Source of the DNA: Fibrobacterota bacterium
GTDB taxonomy: Bacteria; Fibrobacterota; Fibrobacteria; UBA11236
Direction of reading: 5' to 3'
NCBI GenBank assembly: GCA_043753995.1
Contig: JAYUVP010000139.1
Coordinates: 1-24,112 of the forward strand
Length of the DNA: 24,112 bases
Shown: positions 16,516-24,112 of the stretch, in pieces
Layout of the letters: the number at the start of each line of letters is the position of its first letter
Numbering within the stretch: position 1 is the first letter of the stretch
The notes under the pieces: model-generated
Database searches by the model: none
What the model was told of the DNA's origin: nothing
What the model saw: the letters and a program-made list of their open reading frames with translations, nothing else
Made by a program: the position numbers and the translations under genes

Positions 16516-18570
16516 ATGCGCCCAATCCTCCTCGCTTTCGCTACCCTCCTCTTCGTTATAGCCATTCGCCCCGCGGTCGGATGCGGAGGCGACGAATACA
16601 CCACCCAGTATCCCATTTCCTCGGAGCATCTCGTGGATGGAAGACGGTGGACGGCCGTCCTCAAGGCCTTAGACCATTACCGAGTGCCACGTAACTACGG
16701 GGGGGAGCTCGAGTACGACGAACAAAGAACGGTGGACAGTCTCGCGAGTGACAGCCTCAAGGCTTTTTTGCGACGGAGCGGATTGGATTCGCTCGCCCAC
16801 TTGAACTGGAGATGTTGGCAATGCGCGGGATGCGGTGCGCGAATCACGAATTATTGTGGAACTGTATTGGATTTCCTAAAGGCGATATCGGCGGATCCCG
16901 CGGCCAAGCATCATTACCGCGATCTTGCGCTCGCCCGCTTCCGCATCTTTATGGAATTGGGCAGAGCCAACGACGAAAGCCTTGCAACCCTCCTGCTCGA
17001 CCTTCGCCGAATCGCGGACGAACCGGAGTCGGGAGATTGGGGCCGGTATTTGCGCGCTACCGCCTACTTCTATGCCGACAGCCTGACGGAAGCCATGCGT
17101 GAGGCCGAGCCGCTCAAGAGTAGCCGTTTCCGATGGGTCGCGGAGGCGGCCAGTATTTTGCGCGCCCGCGCGGCCATGATTGCCGCACAGAAGAACTGGG
17201 ATGGTTGGTCGAATCCCACCGGCATGGTGGACACGGCCCTGCTCGCGCTTTCGGGGAGGGAATACGCAGGTTACCTGGCCCGTTTTCCCGACGGGCGCTA
17301 CCTCCATTCTGCCCATGGCATGCAGCGCCGCGTGTTTTTCCTTACCGGCAAACGAGCGGCATTCAACCGGGCCGTAGTCCAAGATTTTGAAAGCTGCCTC
17401 AAGGCTGGAGCTGGCCCGGATTTCCCCATCCAGCCTATTGCACTGGATGCAGCCCTGCATTATGCCGACAGCTTGGATCTTCCCGTAACATCCCCGCTAC
17501 TCATGGTTTATTTTGCTCGTACCCGCCATGCTCATGGGTGGGACAAAGTGTTGGGGCGCTTGGAAAAGGCGAAGCCAGCCTATGCAAAATACCCTGGACT
17601 ATACGACTACGTTTTCGCCACTTTATTACGGCAAAAAGGCGATGCTGCCAGACTGCTCGCCGAATACGGGAATCGGCCTCCCTCTGCAGCACTGCTCGCG
17701 CGCGCGCTCGCCGTCGTGGTGGCGCGTTCACTCGAGGACAGCCTGCTCTGGAAGCAAGCTGTAGAGCACTGGAGCCAACTGGCCAAATCGGTTCCGGATA
17801 GCAATGACTATATCCAGAAGCATCTCGCCAATGCGTATTTGCAAGGCGGCGATGTGCCAGGTGTGCTCGACTCGGCGAGCCTAGTGCGAGATACTGCCGC
17901 CCTTATCGAAGCCGCGTATTGGAGCGGCGAGGATAGCTGCATTCAGTCCTGGTCCAAAAGTCCGACGCTCAAGGTTGTGGCGCGACGCACGCTCCATAGG
18001 CGGATATTGAACCGGCATTTGTACGCGGGTCGTTATCGCGAATTTGTAAGTCGCTACGATTCGATTCCGCCCGATGACAGGCGCTTCCATGAATCGGCCA
18101 TCGACGCTGCCCGCCAACTCGCCGAGAATCCCCGCGATCCCTCGGGTCTGTATGGGCTCGGGAATTTCTTGTGGAAATGGAAGGATATCAAAGCGGACTA
18201 CCCATTATTGCAACAAGGCCAAAACTTCCCAGTGACTTATGAATTGCCACGCGGGCATGAGCCGGATTTGCCCTGCTGTCGCGGGCAGGGAAGGGCGGAC
18301 GGCTATTCCTACTCCTCTGAGCGTGCCAGCCGACCGACACCCTTTTCCTTATTCCTCCAAGCCTCATTGGAATACCCAGAAGAGGAGAAGCATGCCGAGG
18401 AAGCGGAGGTATTGCGTGCCCTCATCATGTGTTATTCGGATACCAATTTAGGGAATGCCTGCAAGGCCGATGAAAAACGACCCCTGGCCGACCGTAGGCG
18501 TTGGTATGTCAAGCTGAACAGAAAATATCCAGATTCTGAATCAGCTCGGAAAACGGAGCATTATTATTGA
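16516..18570 (+). CDS. Large exported alpha-helical (TPR-like) protein, partner of DUF3142
   Basis: Start ATG 16516 lies 10 nt after the DUF3142 stop, with an AAGGGA SD. Signal MRPILLAFATLLFVIAIRPAVGC. Motifs YLRATAYFY, WVAEAA, YLARFPDGRY..SA.G..RR, LRALIMCY, and C-terminal RRRWYVKLNRKYPDS..A....YY, which I recall from DUF3142-adjacent proteins. Confidence 0.8.
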   Translation: MRPILLAFATLLFVIAIRPAVGCGGDEYTTQYPISSEHLVDGRRWTAVLKALDHYRVPRNYGGELEYDEQRTVDSLASDSLKAFLRRSGLDSLAHLNWRCWQCAGCGARITNYCGTVLDFLKAISADPAAKHHYRDLALARFRIFMELGRANDESLATLLLDLRRIADEPESGDWGRYLRATAYFYADSLTEAMREAEPLKSSRFRWVAEAASILRARAAMIAAQKNWDGWSNPTGMVDTALLALSGREYAGYLARFPDGRYLHSAHGMQRRVFFLTGKRAAFNRAVVQDFESCLKAGAGPDFPIQPIALDAALHYADSLDLPVTSPLLMVYFARTRHAHGWDKVLGRLEKAKPAYAKYPGLYDYVFATLLRQKGDAARLLAEYGNRPPSAALLARALAVVVARSLEDSLLWKQAVEHWSQLAKSVPDSNDYIQKHLANAYLQGGDVPGVLDSASLVRDTAALIEAAYWSGEDSCIQSWSKSPTLKVVARRTLHRRILNRHLYAGRYREFVSRYDSIPPDDRRFHESAIDAARQLAENPRDPSGLYGLGNFLWKWKDIKADYPLLQQGQNFPVTYELPRGHEPDLPCCRGQGRADGYSYSSERASRPTPFSLFLQASLEYPEEEKHAEEAEVLRALIMCYSDTNLGNACKADEKRPLADRRRWYVKLNRKYPDSESARKTEHYY

Positions 18571-19124
18571 TTCAAGGTATCTCTCTCAACTCTCTGTTTT
18601 AAGAAGGCAAGCCAATTTTTGAGATTGTCATTCAGTTTCCTTTGTCCGAATATCCAGGTGACCATGGCGCCGTTAAGCGATTCCTCGGTTAAGACAAGGG
18701 TTTGGCCTTCTTTCTCTATCAATTTCCAAGAATGTATGGCTTTGAAATGCAGCATGGTTCCCACCCAAACCAGGCGACTCTCAGGAAGGCACAAGACCAC
18801 CTCCGATTTTATTTTCGGAAATGCCGGCCCCCAAACAAACTTTTTTCCGAGACCTAGGGTCTCATCCACGCTGACGCTCTTGATCTCTCTATTCCATTCC
18901 GGCCATTCCTTCGCCTGAATCAGAGCTGTCCAAACATCCTTTTTAGGCGCGCGGATCTCGACCGAAGCAAGTCCTCTTACACGGGCAGTTGAATCCATAT
19001 TCCCGCTCGCCCCTATTTGCTTATACCGGTCTAAGGAAGGAGCGCAGGCCAAACAGAATAGCGCGGGAAAAAGCGCCACCAAGAGCCTCTTCAATAAAGC
19101 AAATCCAGGTCGAACCGGTTCCAT
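18564..19124 (-). CDS. SRPBCC (polyketide cyclase/START-like) family lipoprotein
   Basis: Motifs SVEIRAPKKDVWTAL...WPEWN, FVW, LVWVG....AIHSWKL, TEESLNG, WLAFLKQRVE. Lipobox FCLA-C. Start is ATG 19124 or 19139; the ORF-track 19277 start would overlap the divergent gene. Confidence 0.85.
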   Translation of the reverse strand: MEPVRPGFALLKRLLVALFPALFCLACAPSLDRYKQIGASGNMDSTARVRGLASVEIRAPKKDVWTALIQAKEWPEWNREIKSVSVDETLGLGKKFVWGPAFPKIKSEVVLCLPESRLVWVGTMLHFKAIHSWKLIEKEGQTLVLTEESLNGAMVTWIFGQRKLNDNLKNWLAFLKQRVERDTLNQ

Positions 19125-19230
19125 TTTAATCTTACCCATGTTTCCGTAAAGCAATGACAATTTGCAAAAAAAGAGCGAAATAAAATCCTGGTCACTCAGC
19201 TCAAACCATATAACTAGCTTAAACTCTACT

Positions 19231-19701
19231 ATGCCTAGTTTTACCGATCCCGCCTTTTTCGAAACGCTGAAAGTCACGCGTCAAAACGTCGTGACCCTCC
19301 TGAATGCCTATTCCAGCGAACAATTAAAGACGATTCCGAAGGGCTTCAATAACAATATTCTCTGGCATGCCGGACATTTGTTGGTATCGCAACAATTGCT
19401 CTGCTATGCCATGTCGGATTTGCCGCTTCGCATTCCGGAAACCTATCTGCCCCTTTTTAAAAAAGGCACCAGCCCGAGGGAGTGGAAGGAAATCGTGGAT
19501 ACGGAGGAGCTCAAGGATTTGTTGATTTCCACTCTAGCGATGCTCACAAATGATTATGCCAATGGCATTTTCAAAACCTTTAAACCCTATACTTCGAGTT
19601 TTGGCGTTGCGCTATCGAAGGTTGAGGATGCCATTCTTTTCGATCATGTCCATGAAGGGCTTCACCTTGGATCGATGAATGCTTTGCAAAAATTGATTTG
19701 A
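19231..19701 (+). CDS. DinB/YfiT-like family protein
   Basis: Motifs TRQNV..LL...S.EQL..IPKGFNNNILWHAGHL, FKKGTSP, and HEGLHLG (metal-binding His pattern). Start at ATG 19231. Confidence 0.88.
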   Translation: MPSFTDPAFFETLKVTRQNVVTLLNAYSSEQLKTIPKGFNNNILWHAGHLLVSQQLLCYAMSDLPLRIPETYLPLFKKGTSPREWKEIVDTEELKDLLISTLAMLTNDYANGIFKTFKPYTSSFGVALSKVEDAILFDHVHEGLHLGSMNALQKLI

Positions 19702-19705
19702 CGCT

Positions 19706-20713
19706 TCACCTTTGCAGCCGCCCGATTCCATTCAGGGATAAGCCATTCCAAGGCCAGCGGAATTCGCTCCTCGGCGCTGAACTTGGCAACATCTCAAAGC
19801 CGCCTCTTCGACCTTGATTCTTGAAGTGATATCGATTACGGGACAGGATCCGGGTGGTTGAAGCTGGCGGCGGAATAAAGGCTTCGGAGGCGGCCACCAT
19901 ACCCATGACATAAATCGTGTCATTGAAGTTCACGGCGGCAAATCCATGCCTTCTCGCCAGCATAGGCTCGACCGTACGCCAAGCGCGTGTGGCGGGATCG
20001 TATTCTTCATTGAGATCGAATGTGCCCGGCCACTCGCCTCCAATGGCATATAGTCTCCCATTGGCGGCGGCCAGGCAGAGGCCGCTACGGGGCGTTGGCA
20101 AATCGGGTAGCTTTTGCCAGGTATTTCGCACCGGATCATAGGCTTCGAAAAGCCTTCCGCTCACCCCGCCTAATCCTTTTTCACGTCCTGCCACTACATA
20201 AAGAAGCGAGTCGAGGACGGCAGCGCCTATATGCTCGCGGGCCAAGGACATGGGCGCACGTTCGCGCCAGGTTTCGCCCACGGGGTCATATTCTTGGACC
20301 TTGTTCAGCACAAGGCCGGTGGTGTCCACTCCGCCGATGAGATAAAGTTTGTCCCCAAAGGGCAATAAGACCCCGGCCGCCGAGGAGTGTTGCAAAGGTT
20401 TCAAAGTGCGCCAGGAATTAGTAGCCGGAGTATAGATCTGCAATTCGACCGCGCCGCCATTGGTCCCAAAACCACCCACCAGATAAATGTTATTGCCGAT
20501 GCGGGCGCCAACAGCTTCGGAGCGGGTGATGGGTGTATTCGCGCGAGGTATCCAATGTCCGATGTCTTGAGCCATAGCCACCGGTGCCACGCAAAGCGCG
20601 GCACTGAGGACGGCGCCCAGAAGCCGACCCAGTGCGGGGCTGCAAGCGGTTGGTAACTCGGATGCAAGCGCTTGATTGGGGAATGGCGCTTGAGAAGCAA
20701 TCGGATCCAGCAT
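19706..20713 (-). CDS. Secreted Kelch-repeat beta-propeller protein
   Basis: Kelch motifs IYLVGG..YTPATNSW, LYLIGG..YDPVGETW, LYVVAG..YDPVRNTW, LYAIGG..YDPATRAW, IYVMG. Signal ends ...PVAMA|QD. Basic low-complexity tail ending NGIGRLQR. Start uncertain. Confidence 0.88.
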   Translation of the reverse strand: MLDPIASQAPFPNQALASELPTACSPALGRLLGAVLSAALCVAPVAMAQDIGHWIPRANTPITRSEAVGARIGNNIYLVGGFGTNGGAVELQIYTPATNSWRTLKPLQHSSAAGVLLPFGDKLYLIGGVDTTGLVLNKVQEYDPVGETWRERAPMSLAREHIGAAVLDSLLYVVAGREKGLGGVSGRLFEAYDPVRNTWQKLPDLPTPRSGLCLAAANGRLYAIGGEWPGTFDLNEEYDPATRAWRTVEPMLARRHGFAAVNFNDTIYVMGMVAASEAFIPPPASTTRILSRNRYHFKNQGRRGGFEMLPSSAPRSEFRWPWNGLSLNGIGRLQR

Positions 20714-20768
20714 GTTAACAATGTAGGTGCAGAGACACACAAAAGGTGGGGGAGACGAGGCCGACCGG

Positions 20769-20814
20769 GCCTCGCGGGTAAACCGGCCGAGGCGCGGGGG
20801 CGGGCTCGCCCCCG
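20769..20814. other. Two adjacent GC-rich hairpins in a divergent intergenic region
   Basis: GCCTCG-CGG-GTAAA-CCG-GC-CGAGGC (20769-20793) and a perfect CGGGGGCG-GGCT-CGCCCCCG (20795-20814). Function unknown. Confidence 0.5.
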
Positions 20815-21094
20815 GAAAGAATCAAGGGCGATGAATCCACATTTAAGTGATATTAGTAACAATAATGAAAATATATTTGGCGAATTCTCGTTCCAAGGCC
20901 TTTGCTGCGAACCAGGGTGACGCAATTGGGAATTCGAGACTGAATTTGCTGTTGCCGAACCGCTCCATTTTTGGTTTAGATGCGCATGTGGTTTCAAATG
21001 TCTCATGCCCTCCAAAGGATCTGAATTACCTCGCTTTTGCCCTCCAGAATTAGGCTTTCTTGGGTGGAAAACCCATGTCCCTCTCGCATAGGCG

Positions 21095-23113
21095 ATGCAT
21101 TTTTGGAAGGGTATGCTGACCTTGAACCCCAGGCAGATTGCCACGCTCCGCTCTCAATGGCGGCCGGTCTCTCGCGGGGAAGCCATCGGACTTTGTAACA
21201 GTCATAAAGTGGTGGTGATTCAACCGAATGTGCTTGGCGAATCCGCACAATGGTTCGACTCGCGGCATCCCTTTTATCGCGGCGACGGGCCTTATGCCTC
21301 AGCCTTGAGCGGCTTACTTTATTTTGTGTGTCTTGATGGCGCGACTATCCTAGATAGGGCCGCGCATGGCCCAGCGGGACAAAGACATGCCAAGGCTTTC
21401 GACCCCTTCGATGCTTCGAATTACACTCCCTACGACGAGCCCGAAGAAACCAAGCTCTATCCGATCACTTTCGAATTGCTCAGTTCAAATGGCAAACCTC
21501 TATCACCAACGCCTTACGAAATCGTCCTGCCCGATGGCTCGAAGCGCTCGGGCACCTCAGGTGCAGATGGGTTCATCAAGTACCTGACGAACCGCACCCC
21601 GGGCAAGGCCAAGCTAAAGCTCTTGCCGGGCAATAAAGTCAAGGTGGTTGAGCCGGAGAACGGGGAAAGCGAAAGCAATAAATTTCCAATAGAGATTGAG
21701 CTTCAGAGTTCTCTAGGAAAGCCCTTGGCCAATCAGGCCTATACCTTGATTCTGTCGGATGGCGAAAGCATCGAAGGCGTGAGCGATGCCCAGGGCTTCA
21801 TTCGTCATCCCGATAACGAAGTGCCCGGCGAGGTGGAACTCTTATTGCGTGAGGCTCAAAAACCGAAGGCTCAAGTGGAGAAGCCGAAGGTGCCACACGC
21901 CGTGCCGGTCGCGCCCGTGGCCCCGCCCATCGCCGCCGACCCTGCTGAACCAGAAAAGCCCAAAGAAGCGCCCGAGAAAACCACCCCAGGGTATCGCCCG
22001 GGTTACCTCGGAAAAGAAGAGCCCGCTTCGGCACCCACCGTGCTCGACTTCAGCATAACCGAAAAGGTTTTGAAAGACTTAAGCGAAGACGAATTCCGGC
22101 AGGCCTTTGTGGATGCCGCCCTGCTAATGGAGGATCTCGGTTTGAACCGCTCCAAAGGGGCTGAGCGTTCCGAAGCTTATCTCGATATGGTGACCTGGGA
22201 TGAAAAGGTGCGCGCGGGTTGGAAAAACGATCACTCGATCAACACGTCCTCTTGCGGCATGTTCGTACGCAATATCTGGTGGTTATGCGGGGCGCGAGGC
22301 ACCTCGCTCCTCGATGCCCCCTATACGAGCGGGGTCTTGACTGACCTTGTGAAGTTCGATACCAAGGCCAGCCGCCAATGGGGTTCGGAAGTCACCGCGA
22401 AGACTTTCTTTCCCAAGATTGGCGACGTGCTCTACCTGTATCACCCGACCACGAGAAGCCAACATATTTTCATTATCTGCGGCATCGACAAGAAAATCGT
22501 AGAAGAAAATGGCGAGACCGTGGTTTATAATGCCGACGGTACCTTGGCCAAAGAGATCGCTTTCACCAGCGTCGACGGCGGCCAGGCGGATGGCGTCGGC
22601 CCCGACGGCAATGGCAAAAGCCAAACCTGGGGTTGCCAAGGTATTCACAAGTGCGTGCGCAAGATCAAATTGAGTAATGGACGCTTTCCCAATCTTGGAT
22701 CTAGCTGGCCATTTCCCGATAAGGCGCCCGGCCGTCCCATCAATTCCTGGATTTCGATTTGGGAAGCGCGCGCCAAGTTCACCGCGCCTCTCATCAAGCC
22801 GCTGCGCCTCGGACCGATTACAAGCCAGCAGGCGCAAGGCGATACCTCGCTATACTATGTGCGTATTCAATTGGATGAGGGAGAAGCTCGTCAGCTCGAA
22901 GAGAAATTCGTTTTATCGAGCACCGACGGTTCTTTCGTGCAAACCAAGACCGTCCATGACGACTTGATCGAAGGCGATGACTATCTCGATTTGCAATTCA
23001 CCGAAGTTCCCAAATCGCTGGCCTATTCACTTAAGGTCGTTCCGCCAACAGGCGAGGGTTACTTCATCTATCAAGGTGTGGACTTTGCCGATCTCGACGG
23101 CTATGTGCCCTGA
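21095..23113 (+). CDS. Multidomain putative effector: 2x transthyretin/prealbumin-like domains, Pro-rich linker, CHAP/NlpC-P60-like Cys-His domain, acidic C-terminal beta domain
   Basis: No signal peptide. Duplicated ELxSSxGKPL...Y.ivLpDG....G.s.a.GFI....N..PG...L.L; PVAPVAPP/EPEKPKE linker; SSCGMFVR (Cys at 22253), PKIGDVLYL, SQHIFII (His at 22463), SVDGGQ. Alternative start at ATG 21113. Confidence 0.7.
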   Translation: MHFWKGMLTLNPRQIATLRSQWRPVSRGEAIGLCNSHKVVVIQPNVLGESAQWFDSRHPFYRGDGPYASALSGLLYFVCLDGATILDRAAHGPAGQRHAKAFDPFDASNYTPYDEPEETKLYPITFELLSSNGKPLSPTPYEIVLPDGSKRSGTSGADGFIKYLTNRTPGKAKLKLLPGNKVKVVEPENGESESNKFPIEIELQSSLGKPLANQAYTLILSDGESIEGVSDAQGFIRHPDNEVPGEVELLLREAQKPKAQVEKPKVPHAVPVAPVAPPIAADPAEPEKPKEAPEKTTPGYRPGYLGKEEPASAPTVLDFSITEKVLKDLSEDEFRQAFVDAALLMEDLGLNRSKGAERSEAYLDMVTWDEKVRAGWKNDHSINTSSCGMFVRNIWWLCGARGTSLLDAPYTSGVLTDLVKFDTKASRQWGSEVTAKTFFPKIGDVLYLYHPTTRSQHIFIICGIDKKIVEENGETVVYNADGTLAKEIAFTSVDGGQADGVGPDGNGKSQTWGCQGIHKCVRKIKLSNGRFPNLGSSWPFPDKAPGRPINSWISIWEARAKFTAPLIKPLRLGPITSQQAQGDTSLYYVRIQLDEGEARQLEEKFVLSSTDGSFVQTKTVHDDLIEGDDYLDLQFTEVPKSLAYSLKVVPPTGEGYFIYQGVDFADLDGYVP

Positions 23114-23140
23114 TGCAACCTCAACAATGGCTTCCATCTC

Positions 23141-24112
23141 ATGGCTGATGCAACCACCGAAACGAAGCCCAACCTAGTACCCACCTCGAATCAAGGTGTG
23201 CCGAATTCAGGTGCGCCCACGACGACGATCAAGCGCACCGCGAAAAAGCCTTTCGATGGTGATTTCTATAAATGGCCGAATTGCACCGAAGATCCCCTGC
23301 CGGACTTCATCATCGAGAAGGTGATTTCGCATCGCCCCAAGACTCCGATAGCCACGAACAACCCCAGCGCAAACTTCTGGAAAGGATTTGCCAAGCGTGA
23401 AAAGGGGTATTCCTATGTCGGCAAGAGTTATAACGCCGATCAATTGCTCACCGACAACGAAAAATTTGCGATTGACAAGGAATTCTCTGCGCCGGGTGAA
23501 GTGGATAGTGTGAAACAGGCCAGTCGAAAAAAGGCCTACCTGGATGTCATCGAACGCATGGAAGCCCATGAGGTCAAGGGCGAAGGCACCACGGATTCAG
23601 TGATGACGGGCGATGGCGCCCTTTTCACATGGGGGCGTGGCCTTGGATATAATAAAGGCGCCATGGCTTCGGCCTTCTCGGCCTTCCTGAATAGTTCGGA
23701 AGAAATCAAGAATGCCTTCATTGAACATGGCATTGCCATGGTCGATGAGCAGCTCTATATCGTCGACACCGACAATCGCACCATCCTCGTGCATACCGAT
23801 GCGGCGAACTATATCAACGGCGCCGAGCCTTCGGAATTGAAGCGCCGTTTGCTCACTTCATTCGTGGAATTGACAAATCGTTTCGGCCCCCAAGCGGCCA
23901 CCGCCCAATGGCGAGTGATCCTCAAGAAATTCATCGAGCCGAATAAGAAGCACATTCTCGCCGCTATCGATGCGGGCTGGTCGACCCCCATGATCACCTA
24001 TGTGGTTCATTGCAATATGTGGGGAAAATTCGCGGGTTGGGAGCCCTTCTTAAAAACGGGCGGCGACCCGAAAACGGTTTTGCGACTAGAGGTCGACTAC
24101 ACCAACTTTTAC
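23141..24112 (+). CDS. Hypothetical protein with a lysozyme-like motif, 3'-truncated by the window edge
   Basis: Not in the ORF track. Manual translation gives 324 open codons to the edge: MADATTETKPNL...GYSYVG...HEVKGEGTTDSVMTGDGALFTWGRGLG...AATAQW...EVDYTNFY. No signal peptide. The reading frame is clear; the function is tentative. Confidence 0.75.
   Translation, partial: MADATTETKPNLVPTSNQGVPNSGAPTTTIKRTAKKPFDGDFYKWPNCTEDPLPDFIIEKVISHRPKTPIATNNPSANFWKGFAKREKGYSYVGKSYNADQLLTDNEKFAIDKEFSAPGEVDSVKQASRKKAYLDVIERMEAHEVKGEGTTDSVMTGDGALFTWGRGLGYNKGAMASAFSAFLNSSEEIKNAFIEHGIAMVDEQLYIVDTDNRTILVHTDAANYINGAEPSELKRRLLTSFVELTNRFGPQAATAQWRVILKKFIEPNKKHILAAIDAGWSTPMITYVVHCNMWGKFAGWEPFLKTGGDPKTVLRLEVDYTNFY

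Noticed and set aside
16813..16833. Radical SAM or heme-c motif in CWQCAGC
   Set aside because: The spacing is CxxCxxC, not CxxxCxxC, and there is no CxxCH. The protein is exported and helical.
16516..18570. Calling this gene bamD/yfiO
   Set aside because: It is far longer than BamD and only generic TPR-like similarity is visible, so no symbol was assigned.
20401..21268. ORFs 20401-21144(-), 20672-20920(+), 20847-21053(+), 21003-21248(-), 21050-21268(-)
   Set aside because: They overlap the Kelch gene or the intergenic hairpins, have low-complexity Arg/Pro/Ser composition, and show no motifs or SD; likely spurious.
22283..23997. Minus-strand ORFs 22283-22837, 23207-23569, 23536-23739, 23597-23794, 23809-23997
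   Set aside because: They are antisense shadows of the long plus-strand frames 21095-23113 and 23141->24112.

Overview
This is a 24 kb bacterial chromosomal segment, moderately GC-rich and densely coding. The C-terminal tails of its secreted proteins (a T9SS-like CTD and short 'DARGR'/'NGIGR' tails) suggest Fibrobacterota or a related FCB-group lineage; that placement is inference. Almost every gene encodes an envelope or secreted protein. In order: a partial permuted NlpC/P60 (YiiX-like) gene; a beta-helix + CBM protein; a GH5 (GH5_10-like mannanase) + CBM + CTD; a 1332-aa cadherin-like-repeat lipoprotein with an upstream membrane-anchored partner; a 3-gene exported cluster ending in an Asp-box propeller; a DUF3857-transglutaminase-DUF2569 protein; a DUF3142 lipoprotein plus a large helical partner; SRPBCC, DinB and Kelch genes. 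At the right end are two signal-peptide-less, in-frame genes that look like injected peptidoglycan hydrolases (a CHAP-like Cys/His domain and a lysozyme-like domain). The best non-coding signal is a ~75-nt structured element present twice, about 10.25 kb apart (62/75 identical), with conserved stems and an attC-like 3' end. No tRNA, rRNA, CRISPR array, transposase or integrase was seen. All domain calls are by eye from motifs, with no database searches.
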